64,000 nucleotides of DNA. It comes from Savitreella phatthalungensis (lineage: Eukaryota). Positions 34,150-46,000 of this stretch are shown here, in pieces. The first letter of the stretch is position 1, and each line of letters begins with the position of its first letter. The stretch lies in assembly GCA_051599415.1 (NCBI GenBank), contig AP039691.1, forward strand, positions 248,001-312,000, written 5' to 3'. Position numbers and translations under genes: made by a program. The notes under the pieces were generated by a model. That model made no database searches. It saw nothing but the letters and a program-made list of their open reading frames with translations, and was not told the origin of the DNA.

Positions 34150-35247
34150 CTAGGTGACTAAGTCCTTGACCTGCTGGTAGATCCGCGCGAGCAGTCCTGC
34201 GAGCGCTAGTGGCGTGAAAGATGAAGCAAGCTCGAGCTTCGCACGCATGCGAATTGGCGCGGTCACAGACTTTGCTGCCGGGAATGTGCCTTGATTGTGG
34301 TAGTGCTCGAGCATGTCCTCCTTCTCTTGCCAGCGGGCGTACATCCATTTCTCAAAAGCTTTCTCGTCATCAAGCGGAATTCCAGCGATCGGTATCTTTC
34401 GCCAGTGCATGTGTACACGCTTGGGCGGTTTACCCTCGATGAAGATGCTCTTGAGGGTGTATCGTTCTGCGGCGATCGCGCCTCTTGGTGAGGGCTCATA
34501 TGCCATCGTGCAATCGTAGATATATGGCACTGTCTTTTGCAGATTGCTCAGGCAGAATCGCAGTCCCGTCGTCCGCGGAAGCAGGACATGCTCGAAGTAA
34601 GGTGCTCCGGTCTTCTTGGCGTACGCCTGCGCGCGAGGTCGGGTGTTGTTGCTCATATTGGTGCCCTCCGGATACAGTAGGAACCACATCGGTAGGTCGC
34701 GCTCAGCTTCCAGCTTACCTAGGCGATATTGTAGCCTTGGCCGATCCTGCTCCCACGACCTAGCCATGAAGACAAACCCGTAGAGCTGCATGCCCCAGCC
34801 GATCAACGGGATCCACTTGAGCGAATCCTTCAAGACGATGTAGAGTGCACCGTGCATGCGCGACGTGTAAGCCGCCCACCAGATGTACAGCCAGTCTGCG
34901 TAGATCTGGTGATTCGAGATGACGACTGCGCGAGCGTCAAAGCCGTTTTGCAGCAGACCATCCTGGCCAAGCGCAATCTCGTCCGCACATGTCTCATCCC
35001 CGGAGAAGACTGCCTCGGTCGGCGCAAACCACTCGCACAGGCTAACGGCAAAGACCCCGAATTGTGCTTTCGTCTTGGCTATCCAAGCATACCACCACGA
35101 ACGTGCGATCAGGTAGAGTGGCAGGCCAAGCCACTGGTTGAAGTTAATAACGATAACGATGCTGAAGAAGTAGAGAATGAATGCGACAATTCGGACCAGC
35201 TGCGCCCACAGAGGGACAGGAGGGCTATGTGGTCCTCTGCCAGCCAT
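34150..35247 (-). CDS. Lysophospholipid acyltransferase (PlsC family; Cst26/LCLAT1-like)
   Basis: SNHQIYADW (NHxxxxD), LKDSLKWIPLIGWGMQLYGFVFMARSW, YPEGTN, LLPRTTGL. 35250 is GTG; the ATG is at 35247. Confidence 0.9.
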   Translation of the reverse strand: MAGRGPHSPPVPLWAQLVRIVAFILYFFSIVIVINFNQWLGLPLYLIARSWWYAWIAKTKAQFGVFAVSLCEWFAPTEAVFSGDETCADEIALGQDGLLQNGFDARAVVISNHQIYADWLYIWWAAYTSRMHGALYIVLKDSLKWIPLIGWGMQLYGFVFMARSWEQDRPRLQYRLGKLEAERDLPMWFLLYPEGTNMSNNTRPRAQAYAKKTGAPYFEHVLLPRTTGLRFCLSNLQKTVPYIYDCTMAYEPSPRGAIAAERYTLKSIFIEGKPPKRVHMHWRKIPIAGIPLDDEKAFEKWMYARWQEKEDMLEHYHNQGTFPAAKSVTAPIRMRAKLELASSFTPLALAGLLARIYQQVKDLVT

Positions 35248-35737
35248 CACTCTAGATGACTCGATATTTCGGTAGCTATAGCACGATCATCCACGCTGTA
35301 GAGAGAACCTCGTGAGGGTCCCTGGACGATGTCAATTGACCTGTTGGGCGTGTCACGAGGGGTTCATGTTGATCTGGTCGCGTGTTGGGTTTCGGATGAT
35401 AGGTTACTTTGATTGTTTATCAGAGATCTGCGCAGTCAAATATTCGTACTTGTATGCATACACATCTGTGCATTTAAATTTATATATTCGCTCGGATTTT
35501 CAGCTGAGCGGAAGAATTGGTGGAAGGTGATACACGTGCTGAATGGTTGAATTGATGTCATACACCATATGGTAGATCATGCACATGTGGAGTCAACCCG
35601 CGGATGCACCAGACTTAGCTCTAGTATACTACTACACCTCGTTAGCTTGCAAGCACCCACAGTACCACAGATCATCGAAGGTGTGTATCTAGACTTCGTC
35701 TCACTGTGACGCTCGAGGTCTGAAGATAGGCTTTGAG

Positions 35738-36378
35738 ATGAGTGTTGAGACTTTCACTCTCGCGGCAACAAAGTTTGCACCGAGCTCTCAGTTACCAGTC
35801 ATCGTCTACAGAGGCGCATTCGCATCAAAAGACCCTGCTGAGATTGAGGATACCTTTTACAAGCACGGATGGCTGCCTCAATGGCGATAGTAAGCCAGCT
35901 ATCACCCTGGAAACCTAGCACTTTAACTGACAAGCAAGTGGCATGTACAAGAAACCACATTTCCACAGTGAGACAAACCCATCGTTACTCGTACTGGGAT
36001 TGATTCATGCTGACATCACCAGGCAACACACATGAAGCCCTTGGCGTCTACCAAGGATCCGCTCGGATCCTACTAGGCAGGGCAGAGGAAGAAGACGAAG
36101 GTGGCAGGGAGATCTCGGTCGAAGCTGGTGACGTTCTAGTACTGCCAGCTGGAACAATGCACTGCTCGGCGGCAGAATATGACGGTTTCACTATGGTTGG
36201 GGCATATCCTCGTGGCGCACCGCAATGGGATATGTGTCTTTCGGCCGTCGATCAGGACGCTGGCAACACAGGGGCTACCCAGCGTCAGATAGGGGAAGTC
36301 CCTGTACCAGCTAGAGATCCAGTCACGGGAGGAAAGCTGATGAGTGGGCATTGGAATTTGGCGTGTCCAGCGCTGTAG
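35738..36378 (+). CDS. Cupin-domain protein (YjlB-like); exons 35738-35889, 35939-35967, 36023-36378 (178 aa)
   Basis: Spliced product has LPVIVYRGA..HGWLPQWRYGMY..HFHSNTHEALGV..GDVLVLPAGTMH..MVGAYP..WD..DPV; introns of 49 and 55 nt with CTGAC branch points. Confidence 0.88.
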
Positions 36379-36566
36379 CGCTGCTTTTCCTGATGACCCG
36401 ATGTTTCAGATTTCAGCTGAGTACGAGGTCTCGACTGTGTCGGCAGCTCGCGTGGACTTGAAAGAAGTTTTTGGGTGTGAACTTGTGTGACTCTCTTGGC
36501 AACGCCCGCGTCACCCTCATAACAACATGAGCACAGACGTCCACCGCAACGACCACTACACCATCA

Positions 36567-38207
36567 ATGAGTATGAGTCGTCCGCTTACTCCGACCGATA
36601 GTGTGTATCACTCCATTGCATCTTTCGGTCGTGACAGCGCTGCTTCGGCCGTCACCGCACAGCCGCTGCATGGCGGTAAGGTCTCTGGTGAGTCAACGCC
36701 GAGCAGGAAGCAGGCCATTATGGCTATTGCTAGATCTGAGATGCTGAGCATCGATGGCATGCTAGCAATCAGTGCTCATAGCACACCGACCAAGAAACGT
36801 CTTGAGAATACTAGTGATGCACACAAGCACGTTGAGACAGGTGGTTCAATCTTGTCACGCAATTATGCTCAGCCATCGGCATTTGAAATGCTCTCGACGA
36901 CCAGTAGCCTGGAAAAGCGAGTCCCAGCCAGTGCCCTGATTGGCGAAGAAGAAGACGATATCATGCCACACGATTCGGCATCTATGAGAGCCATGGCTCG
37001 TCTGCACGAGTTAATGGCCAAGCAGCAGAATCCGACTCCCGAGCCATCTGAGCTAGACCAAGTAGCGAACAAAACGAATCCGGAGCTCATTCCCCCACCG
37101 GCACTCATTGCGACTCCTGACGATGGAGACGTGATTGACTCTGTTGAGAAGCCAGCTACTGTGTATGAGAGACCGGAGGCTCCAGCCGCACTGCATGACG
37201 AGTTTGACGCTGAAAGACGCGCCAATAGCGAACATTCGGCGTTGTGCTCGTCGAAGTTAGAGCAGCTTCTCAAAATGACTCGAGCTGATTCAGAGCTTCA
37301 GCAGAAGATCTCTTCCAACTTATTGCCTAAGTTGCATCAGGTGCTGATGTCAGATCGCTCTATCGGAGCTGGGCTTCATGATGACACAAAATCCAGACGA
37401 TCCTCTCTGTTGAGTTCCTCCTTGACTGGTCTTGACAGTGGGATTGCTCGCCCGTATGACGATACATTCGCGACCCGGTCAAATATCTCCGGTAACCCGC
37501 ATGAGATTTTCTCCAACAAGCCCGAGTCCGGCTCAGACTGGGGCCACCAAGCTATCGTAACACATGATCTGCCATCACTCGATAGCTCTATCGATTCACA
37601 GATGCTGGATGAAAGTGCTGAGAGCGTTGAGTCGTCTTCAACGATCGATGAGACGGAAGGTCATGCTGACTCGCGCTCACAGCTTCAGTCCGTGCTCGAA
37701 CAGCGTTTCAGCGTAGAGCTCATGACTCAACGTGCTCTCAACAAGATGGTCGCTGACACTCACGGATACGGCCTACCTAATAGAGCGGGTGGTGCTGGAC
37801 TGGGTATCCCAGCCCGAGGCCCGAAAGCCTTGCTTGCTGACTACTCACGCAAGTCGGGGTCCTCTTCTGGGCTTGTCTCGCGAAGCAATGAGGAACTGAG
37901 ACTGCAAAGTCAAGTGACCCGAATCAGGGCACAAGCTAATCAACTGCAATCGACGGCTTCTAGACTAGCGATCTCTGAAAGCCGACTGGCGGGACAGGTT
38001 CAAGATCTAGAGAGGAAACTCCAGAGTGCTCGTTCAGAACTTGCGAGGACGAGATCAGAGCTATCACACACACGTGCAGAAGTCGCAGCAAAGATGTCCA
38101 ACCTTGCATGGACGAGATCTCAAGCGGTCCGGGCAAAGCTGGAGGGCAAGCAGCAAAGTGGAAGCAACGGTCATATCGGGTCGAGTACCAAGAACTTGTT
38201 CATGTAG
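36567..38207 (+). CDS. Hypothetical protein, Ser-rich with C-terminal coiled coil
   Basis: 546-aa ORF with a heptad-like stretch near the C-terminus (EELRLQSQV..LERKLQSARSEL); the start may be 36527 via an intron. Confidence 0.65.
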   Translation: MSMSRPLTPTDSVYHSIASFGRDSAASAVTAQPLHGGKVSGESTPSRKQAIMAIARSEMLSIDGMLAISAHSTPTKKRLENTSDAHKHVETGGSILSRNYAQPSAFEMLSTTSSLEKRVPASALIGEEEDDIMPHDSASMRAMARLHELMAKQQNPTPEPSELDQVANKTNPELIPPPALIATPDDGDVIDSVEKPATVYERPEAPAALHDEFDAERRANSEHSALCSSKLEQLLKMTRADSELQQKISSNLLPKLHQVLMSDRSIGAGLHDDTKSRRSSLLSSSLTGLDSGIARPYDDTFATRSNISGNPHEIFSNKPESGSDWGHQAIVTHDLPSLDSSIDSQMLDESAESVESSSTIDETEGHADSRSQLQSVLEQRFSVELMTQRALNKMVADTHGYGLPNRAGGAGLGIPARGPKALLADYSRKSGSSSGLVSRSNEELRLQSQVTRIRAQANQLQSTASRLAISESRLAGQVQDLERKLQSARSELARTRSELSHTRAEVAAKMSNLAWTRSQAVRAKLEGKQQSGSNGHIGSSTKNLFM

Positions 38208-39063
38208 CGTCTATGCTTTCGTTGCAGAGTCCTTGGAGGAGGGTGGGACGAGGAGGATTGAAGAAGAACTTTAGGGTAGAAGGTACATCCGGAGGGAGAG
38301 AGACACACTAAATTTGGTAGATGCATGCATGCGCTGAATTTAATTGCTTTGATCGACTAAAATTATAGTCCTCTCTCTCTACTTACTTACTTTATAGTTC
38401 TAGCCAAGCCAGAATTAAATCTGATCTCGAACCCATTAGCAGCTGAATTAACTGGCTGCACAGCATATTGATTGACTCGCATATACCATGGATGGAATAT
38501 TTCAAGTAGGAAATGGACGTGAATTGATTGGATGGAACGGAGGAAAAATCCCGCGCTTCCATCCAATATTTACATGCGTTGAATTGATATTGATTCGCTT
38601 GTTCCTCATACACCCACCCACTCACCAACTCACTCTGTGGGGACTTAGATCGATATGCACATGCACAAGATTCACGAGTAGAGTAAACCCCATTGCCTCC
38701 AGGTCACGTACATCCTATCCAATCAACCCAAGACCCGGTAACAGAGGCTCCACTCACGCACTCACTCATACAGTCTACTCATACAGTCACGCATTCAGTC
38801 GTCCAGTCATCCAAACCATACAGGAAGGAGAAACATCCGCGCATGACCGTTCGTTATCTGCTCATTTGAAGCATCACATCTATCCAGGTGAAGCACCTAC
38901 AAGTCACTGAACTCATACCTCAACGTAGGTCTAAATCACTCTTCATTTCCCAGTCTTCCATCCTCTACAACAACATTCTCACGCATCACTCTTCCTCCAC
39001 CAAGCCACCCCACGCGCATCTACATAACCTTCACCCAAAAGTGTCACCACGCTCACAGACATC

Positions 39064-40590
39064 ATGCTACGCCCATCAACTCGTCTAGTGACGCGCCGCA
39101 CGCCAATCTTCAGAACGCTTCTCCTTGGATCCACACAGAACGGTAGTCGCTCATTTGCATCGGCCACACGCTCCATCTTCCCAGATGAACCGACAGCCAC
39201 ATCCGTCACGACCGATCTGCCTGGGCCCGCATCAAAAGCAGCAAAGGACGAGATGGCCAGAGTACAGGACGTCCGTGCTGTCAACATGATGATCGACTAC
39301 GACAAGTCCCTAGGCAACTTTGTCGCAGACGCAGACGGCAACGTCTTGCTGGACGTCTATGCCCAGATCGCATCCATCGCCATTGGCTACAACAACCCTG
39401 CACTGCTCAAGGCTGCCCAGACACCAGAATTTGCAAAGGCCTTGATGAACAGACCTGCCCTGGGCAACTTCCCTTCCAAGGACTGGGCACACGTGCTTGA
39501 GGACGGTCTCCTCTCAGTCTGCCCACCGGGTCAGGACAAAGTATATACGGCCATGTGCGGCTCTTGTGCCAACGAGACAGCCTACAAGGCTGCATTCATG
39601 TACTACCGCGCGAAAGAGCGCGGCGGTTACGAAGGCCAGGAATTCACTGCTGAGGAACTTTCGTCCTGCATGATGAACCAGGCACCAGGATCCCCAGAGC
39701 TCTCTATCCTCTCATTCAAGCACGCCTTCCACGGACGTCTGTTTGGCTCCCTGTCGACCACGCGCTCAAAGGAGATCCACAAGCTTGACATCCCAGCATT
39801 CGACTGGCCTGTGGCTGATTTCCCACAGCTCAAATACCCGTTGGCAGAGAACGAGGCGGCGAATGAGGCCGAGGTCGATAGATGCATCGCTCAGGTCGAT
39901 GAGACCATCAAGGCATGGAAGTCAAAGAAACCTGTGGCTGCATGCATCGTCGAGCCAATTCAGAGTGAAGGTGGCGATCGTCACGCCCCGGCAAGCTTCT
40001 TCCAGAAGCTGCAAAAGACGCTCAAGGATAACAATGTCCTCTTCATCGTAGACGAAGTCCAGACGGGCGTCGGTGCGACCGGCAAGTTCTGGGCGCACGA
40101 GCACTTCAATCTACCATCTCCACCTGACATGGTTACCTTCTCGAAGAAATTCCAGGCGGCAGGTTGGTACTTCAACAATCCGGAGCTCGTTCCAAATCTG
40201 CCGTACCGGCAGTTCAACACTTGGATGGGTGACCCGATCCGCGCTCTCCAGGCCAGAGTCCTCGTCCAGGAGATCAACAAGCACGATCTCGTCAACCAGA
40301 CGCAAGCCGTAGGCAGTCGCTTATTCGCCAAGCTCGAGGAACTCCAGCGCGAGTACCCAACCCACCTCGGAGACCTGCGTGGCAAGGACAGGGGCACCTT
40401 CATCGCCTGGGATCTGCCCACTGGCCAGCACAGGGACGCTTTCCTCCAGAGCATGAAGAAGGAGGGTGTGCTGATTGGCGGCTGCGGTGCTAAATCAGTA
40501 CGACTCAGACCCACCCTCACATTCGATGACTCCCACGCAAAGATTCTCGTGGACGCGATTCGCAAAGTCGCTTCCTCCACATCTCTGTAG
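39064..40590 (+). CDS. UGA1: 4-aminobutyrate aminotransferase (GABA-T) with mitochondrial presequence
   Basis: DVYAQIASIAIGYNNP, NRPALGNFP, FHGRLFGSLSTTRSK..HKLDIPAFDWP, DEVQTGVGATGKFWAHEH, VTFSKK (PLP lysine), RQFNTWMGDP. Confidence 0.96.
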   Translation: MLRPSTRLVTRRTPIFRTLLLGSTQNGSRSFASATRSIFPDEPTATSVTTDLPGPASKAAKDEMARVQDVRAVNMMIDYDKSLGNFVADADGNVLLDVYAQIASIAIGYNNPALLKAAQTPEFAKALMNRPALGNFPSKDWAHVLEDGLLSVCPPGQDKVYTAMCGSCANETAYKAAFMYYRAKERGGYEGQEFTAEELSSCMMNQAPGSPELSILSFKHAFHGRLFGSLSTTRSKEIHKLDIPAFDWPVADFPQLKYPLAENEAANEAEVDRCIAQVDETIKAWKSKKPVAACIVEPIQSEGGDRHAPASFFQKLQKTLKDNNVLFIVDEVQTGVGATGKFWAHEHFNLPSPPDMVTFSKKFQAAGWYFNNPELVPNLPYRQFNTWMGDPIRALQARVLVQEINKHDLVNQTQAVGSRLFAKLEELQREYPTHLGDLRGKDRGTFIAWDLPTGQHRDAFLQSMKKEGVLIGGCGAKSVRLRPTLTFDDSHAKILVDAIRKVASSTSL

Positions 40591-40687
40591 AGAATCTTCG
40601 AAGCAATTGCCTCACTTTCTATCAAGTATCTACTATATCTTTTTTCTTAGCTCATCTACGCGACCGCATGGGTGCTTCAGACAAACC

Positions 40688-42091
40688 TCATTTGCCATCG
40701 TGGTATTGAACGACGGCGAACTTGCCATTTGTTCTCCAGGTCAGCCTGCCGTGCTTGTCGTCGAGTGATTCGGCGATGCCCGGCTGGAGTCCTACACAGA
40801 CATCTGCCTTGCAGGTCCGTAGTGCGAGTACTCTGAGAGGTAGCTGTGCTAGCGAGCCGATGGCGGTTTTGAAGGAGGTCTCTGGCGGCCAGACTGCATC
40901 TCCCACGAGCTTCCGATAATTCAAATCACCCTTGAACACCACCAGATCGCTCTCCTTCAAGTCGTCCACAAGCTCGGGCGCAAGCTTGCCCAGCCGGCCG
41001 AACGGGTGAGCAGTGGTCCAGAAAGGATGAGGTCGGATGACGATCCTCCCGTCCGCGTACAGCTCTGTCCATCGACCGACGAGGTGATCCATCGCGGCTG
41101 CACCCTTTGCATCCTCGACAGCATTCTCGTCCTTCCCGCCGCCGCCAAAGTAGGTCGTGTGTGAGGCGAGTGCTGAGAAGAGGTGTGCGACGTCGGCTGG
41201 CGTGACGTCCGAGACGAACCAGGGTATGTCTTTTGGGTGGAGGATGACGTGATCTGCATGACCCGTCTCGAGCAGGTACGTCGCGAGAACGAGGTCTGCA
41301 AACAGCTCAAACCCAGCATTATCGAGCACCAAATCGATCCTCCCACCCTGGACATCTTTCAGCGCCGACCACGCGCTCTCCAAGTCGTTCGAGATGATGT
41401 TCTCCTGAGACTTGGCAATCGCCTCTGCCCCTTGCAGCTTCTGCAGATCGTCGTACGACAGGGACGTGAGCAGGGAGAGATCGGTCGCGTTTCCCCACAG
41501 GGAGATCTGGGCCATCTCAAGCCACAGCAGCCTGCGTGCCCTCTCGCTCATCTCCGCGTACGGGTGTGTCTTCAGCTCGTCCACAAGCTTCTCGTACCGG
41601 ACCGCCAGCTCAACCACCGCCCGCCTCGACGATCGGAATGTCGAATCCTTCGATCGGAGGAACGGGTCGTGTGATTGCCAGTGCCGCGTGTGCGAGAAGA
41701 ACGTCCGCAGGGTCCGGTACAGGTAGCACTCTGAGTATAGCCAGGGGACGTTGAACCATGACGGACTCTGCAGGAGCGCGAGTTCCTCGTTGTACGCCGT
41801 GATATCGTCGCCAAAGGATTCGTCAAGTCGAGTCAGCGGCCTGTCTCGAGATTCATCGTACTTCAGCTTGTCGACCTGCGTGATGATCTTCTGGCCTTCG
41901 GCGATAGCTTCAGCATCCTTCTCGTCATCTAAGGCGGCTAGCCGTCGGTGTACGTCATCGACAACCTGAGCGATGATCACTGGCCATCGTTCGGCAGCTG
42001 ACTTGTGTGCAAATGAAGTCTTGTCGCCATTGTTGTAGAACGGCACAGGTGGATCTGTCTCCTTTAGCAACTCCGCCGTGACCGACACCAT
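40688..42091 (-). CDS. DUF89/ARMT1-like damage-control phosphatase (YMR027W-like)
   Basis: ERWPVII, PWLYSECYLYR, SLWGNATDLSL, VLDNAGFELFADL, PWFVSD, FKGDLNYRKL, LRTCKADV. Likely ATG at 42091. Confidence 0.92.
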   Translation of the reverse strand: MVSVTAELLKETDPPVPFYNNGDKTSFAHKSAAERWPVIIAQVVDDVHRRLAALDDEKDAEAIAEGQKIITQVDKLKYDESRDRPLTRLDESFGDDITAYNEELALLQSPSWFNVPWLYSECYLYRTLRTFFSHTRHWQSHDPFLRSKDSTFRSSRRAVVELAVRYEKLVDELKTHPYAEMSERARRLLWLEMAQISLWGNATDLSLLTSLSYDDLQKLQGAEAIAKSQENIISNDLESAWSALKDVQGGRIDLVLDNAGFELFADLVLATYLLETGHADHVILHPKDIPWFVSDVTPADVAHLFSALASHTTYFGGGGKDENAVEDAKGAAAMDHLVGRWTELYADGRIVIRPHPFWTTAHPFGRLGKLAPELVDDLKESDLVVFKGDLNYRKLVGDAVWPPETSFKTAIGSLAQLPLRVLALRTCKADVCVGLQPGIAESLDDKHGRLTWRTNGKFAVVQYHDGK

Positions 42092-42432
42092 CTTGACAAG
42101 CCCTGGCAAGGACAAACTGGAGCTGCAAGCAGAAGGTAGACTTCTGATGAGGTGATGGTAATGAAGGACGTTCGTTACGTAGTTATGTCTGTGACTTGTG
42201 TGATCACATGAATCTGATGAGTGCGTGCATTGAGCTCGGCGTCTTGGCCAAAAGTCCAAACAATCCAATTCACAATAAAACGCTACGTCAGACATCTTCG
42301 TCCTCTCTCTCTCATCAATCCAAGTCGGGGTCCTTGACAGCAAGACCACAACGTCAAGCCCGTCAAATCTTCCACCAGACTATTCCACGACCAGAAAACG
42401 CATCTACTACCCTGCGCGACCATCTCACATCG

Positions 42433-42894
42433 ATGTTCGAGAAGAGCGCACTACCTTATGCTGCAGATGCAGATGCGCCGTTGAAGGAGTCTGAGTTGGC
42501 TGTGCTGCGTGCACAGTATGAGACTGAAGGTAAGCTTGTTGGTGTTCAGACAAAGTTCAATTTTGCATGGGGGTTGGTGAAGAGCAGCAAGCGCGTGGAT
42601 CAGTTGGAAGGCACAAAGCTGTTGACGGAGATCTACAGGGAGTACCCCGACAGACGACGAGAGTGCCTGTACTACCTCGCCCTCGGACACTTCAAGGTCG
42701 GCAACTACACGGACGCTCGCAAGTTCAACAACGTGCTGCTCGACAGGGAACCTCACAACATGCAGGCTCAGTCTCTCAGACAGCTGATCGACGATCGCGT
42801 GGCCAAGGACGGCTACGTCGGCATGGCCATCGTTGGGTCCGCCATCGCTATCGGTGGCATCATCATCGGCAGTATCGCTCGATCGCGCAAGTAA
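42433..42894 (+). CDS. FIS1: Mitochondrial fission protein Fis1
   Basis: [40 protein letters not shown]-terminal tail anchor plus basic residues. ATG at 42433. Confidence 0.95.
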   Translation: MFEKSALPYAADADAPLKESELAVLRAQYETEGKLVGVQTKFNFAWGLVKSSKRVDQLEGTKLLTEIYREYPDRRRECLYYLALGHFKVGNYTDARKFNNVLLDREPHNMQAQSLRQLIDDRVAKDGYVGMAIVGSAIAIGGIIIGSIARSRK

Positions 42895-43066
42895 AAGTGA
42901 AGATACTTCACCTAGTAACAAGCCGCAGCATGTACATAAAACAAGCAGCAGCAGCAGAACACAGATATGATGACATGGGGTACGATCGAAATTACTGACC
43001 TTTGACGATTCTCACTCGGCGTGAAATCCCATACTTGGGCTTATATTTGTACCTGTAGAGCACCGT

Positions 43067-46000
43067 TCATGGCAGTACTCTGAAAAAGCCAGGAAGCAGG
43101 CGGTAGTAGCTGGAGCAGCGGCCTCGGCGATTGGTCTCTTCATGGCGTCGAAGCACGCCAACGTTCGTCAGAACATCGATGAGGGTAATGAGCTCAGGCG
43201 GCTCGAGATCCTTAGCCATGAAAGATCTGAGCGCGTTGAGGGTCGCTGCTCCACGCTCGACAAACATGCCCATCACTTTCGATAGCAGCTTCTGAATCAT
43301 CTGCTCGTCCGGCTTGCCATCGACGCCAACGAGCAGTGATGGGCCACTGCCACCATGCACTCGCCACGCTCTCACGACCTCTGAGACCGTCACTTGTCGC
43401 TGGTCTTCTCGCCACGCGATGCTTGTTGCTGTGTCGTCCTGCATTGGAAGTTCGAGGAGATTTGTACGATTCGTCCGGCTTCCATCGATTGACTTGACGT
43501 GATAGCCCCGCAAAAGACCCTCTAGTGACCATTGCGTCGTCGTTGCCAAGCCTAATTGTCCGGCAACCAACATTTCAATCGCCGCAAGTGCCATGGACCG
43601 TCCACATGTCAGCGGAATCTCGATCGGATCAGAACGCCCGGCGAGCTCTTGTGGCCATTGAGTTGAATACTGCGAAGCGCTGTGCAGAGCAGCGATAGGA
43701 ATCACAGGCTCGAGGAAAGCGCGGTATTTGTCACTGAAGACCCACGATGGGGTGCCACCGGCGCTCACAGGGTCGCCGATATGTCTGCTCGGCCGAGCTA
43801 GCGTCTGATCCTCTTGCAGCTCTCTGATCACATTGGTAATCAGTTGGCGGTCACCTCGAGCCGTACGAAGCATCGCCTTCCTGGCCGCTTTGTAGTCCCA
43901 CTTGACACCAAGGCCCGCAAGCATTCCCTTTGTGGCCGCGCGAACGCGCACGTGGACGACCTCTGGTGCTTCGTTTCCAGATCTCTCCATCTTGCTGCCC
44001 TGTGCGCCATCCTCGGGTCTCAAATCCGGCGTGATGTCTGCTTCAGACGTGCCCTGATCATTCCTCGTCTCCTTTTCTTCTTCGTCGTCCTCATCTTCCT
44101 CCACAAATGCCTGACCGACGATTTCTTCCATCCGCACGAAGTTGCTCCCGAATGCAAAGTAGCGGTTGAAGATCTGGGATTCCTCCTGGCCAAGATCCAG
44201 CACAGCTTCGATGTCGTCCGGGTCTTCCGGCAATTCATGGCCGACCGCGAAACGTTGTTGCACATCGAAAAGCCGGCTGAACTCCACATAGGGTGATAGA
44301 TCGACGTCCTGGGTTCCTGGCTGCGGAAAGGGTGGTAAGCGACCTTGTTCAATCGCGTCATTGCAACGCTCCGCAAAGAAAGCAGAGTTGATGAACCCAA
44401 GGAGAGCATTTGTCCTCGGTCGATGGCGAATGCTCAGGTATCGGGCATTTAGATCACGCTCCGATAGCTCCGGTACGAGCCTACGCATTGCGTGCCAGTC
44501 GATATTAGCGCGCTTGTTGTGGACTCCTTCCTGGAAGTAAACCTGTGACAGGAATGCTGCACGCAATAATCGGTCTTCCTGTTGTGCTGAGATCGGAGGA
44601 CCGGCGTGGCGTGTGCGTTCACGACGGTCTGTCTCAGAGTCAGTATCTGATCGACCGCCTGCTTCGTATCGACCTGCATCTTGCTTCTGTGCCCTAGGTC
44701 GACGGCTGCGTGCACGAGCAAGCGGCGATGGGCCCGCTGCTCGAGACGCATGTATTCGGTCCACCCTGCTCCCACCACGACGCCTTTGAGCTCCAGTACC
44801 CGGACTGTCATTGTCGATATCGTCTGTTTCATCTTCGTTGTCATCTTCTTGATCTTCATCATCATCATCATCATTGTCTTCTTCATCATCGTCATCATCG
44901 TCATCATCGTCGTTGTTGTCGTCATCATCGTCTTCATCTTCATCATCATCCTCTTCTTCGGAGAGGTTGAGGAATGCATGAGGCAAAGAGGCTCGCTGTT
45001 TGCGCTTTTGCGATTCAGTCTTGCGCTCCTGTTTAAGCTTGAGTTTGCGAGCCTCTAAGGCCGCACGGGCAGCGGCGCGGGCTATGGCTCTTCGCGTTCG
45101 ATCGGCCTCGCGCTCAGCCATTCGCTGCGTTCTCTCAGCTTCGCGCTCAATCAGCCGGATCTCCTTGTCGGCTTCACGCTCAGCAGCACGTTCTTGCTTT
45201 TCAGCTCTGCGCAGTGCGTCCTGGTCACGCTGTAGCGCTTCTCTTTCGTCAGTTTGCGCAATGCGGCGTTGAGCAACGCGTCGCTGTACATCACGATCGA
45301 TGTGTGGCATGTTCGCCTGCGTGACATTTGGCCTCGGGACTGTCTCACGCGGCTTGCGCTGGCGGACAGAATCCAATCTATCTCGAGTTTTGAGACCGGT
45401 TCGTCGAACCTCCTCAGCACGGCGTTGTCGCTCAAGCTCAATAGCGTTGTCGACGCTGGTAAAAATCTGATGCTCTGTGCGTTGCACGCCTCGACGCACG
45501 TACGGAAGGACTTCCAGACCTTCTATCTCGCGCGTCTCTAACGTGCCAGTGTTTTGCAAAGCTTGTTCCTCCCGATTCTTCCAGCGCATTTCTAGTATGC
45601 CAATCGCAGCGTCTCGTGAAAGGTCAGGCCGAGCAAAGAGAGATGCCTCGCTTTTGACTGCCTTTCGCAGGTCCACATATGCCATGATGTCCTGCATGGT
45701 CACGTTGTATTCCACCAGTCGACCATCGAGTACCAGCTGCCGCAGATCAGTCTGAATAGTACGCTTGTCTGGTCGCGTCTTTTGCCTAGCAAGCTGGTAA
45801 TCATGCAGCGCAATGCGATCAAAGTTCGTCGTTGAGAACACGCCTTGACATTTGGCCTCGACGTAGTCAAGAAGTTCATCCCGTCGCTGTCTTGTACGGT
45901 CATCGTTGCGTACAGAAGACCGTGGCGTAGTGGATCTCTTCAGCGTGAAGTGCTGGCGGATAGGAGTTGCGGGCGCTACAGCTTCCAGTGCCGGTATTGC

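Noticed and set aside
44820..44960. GAT/GAC repeat tract as a separate element
   Set aside because: Encodes the Asp/Glu-rich linker within TFC3.
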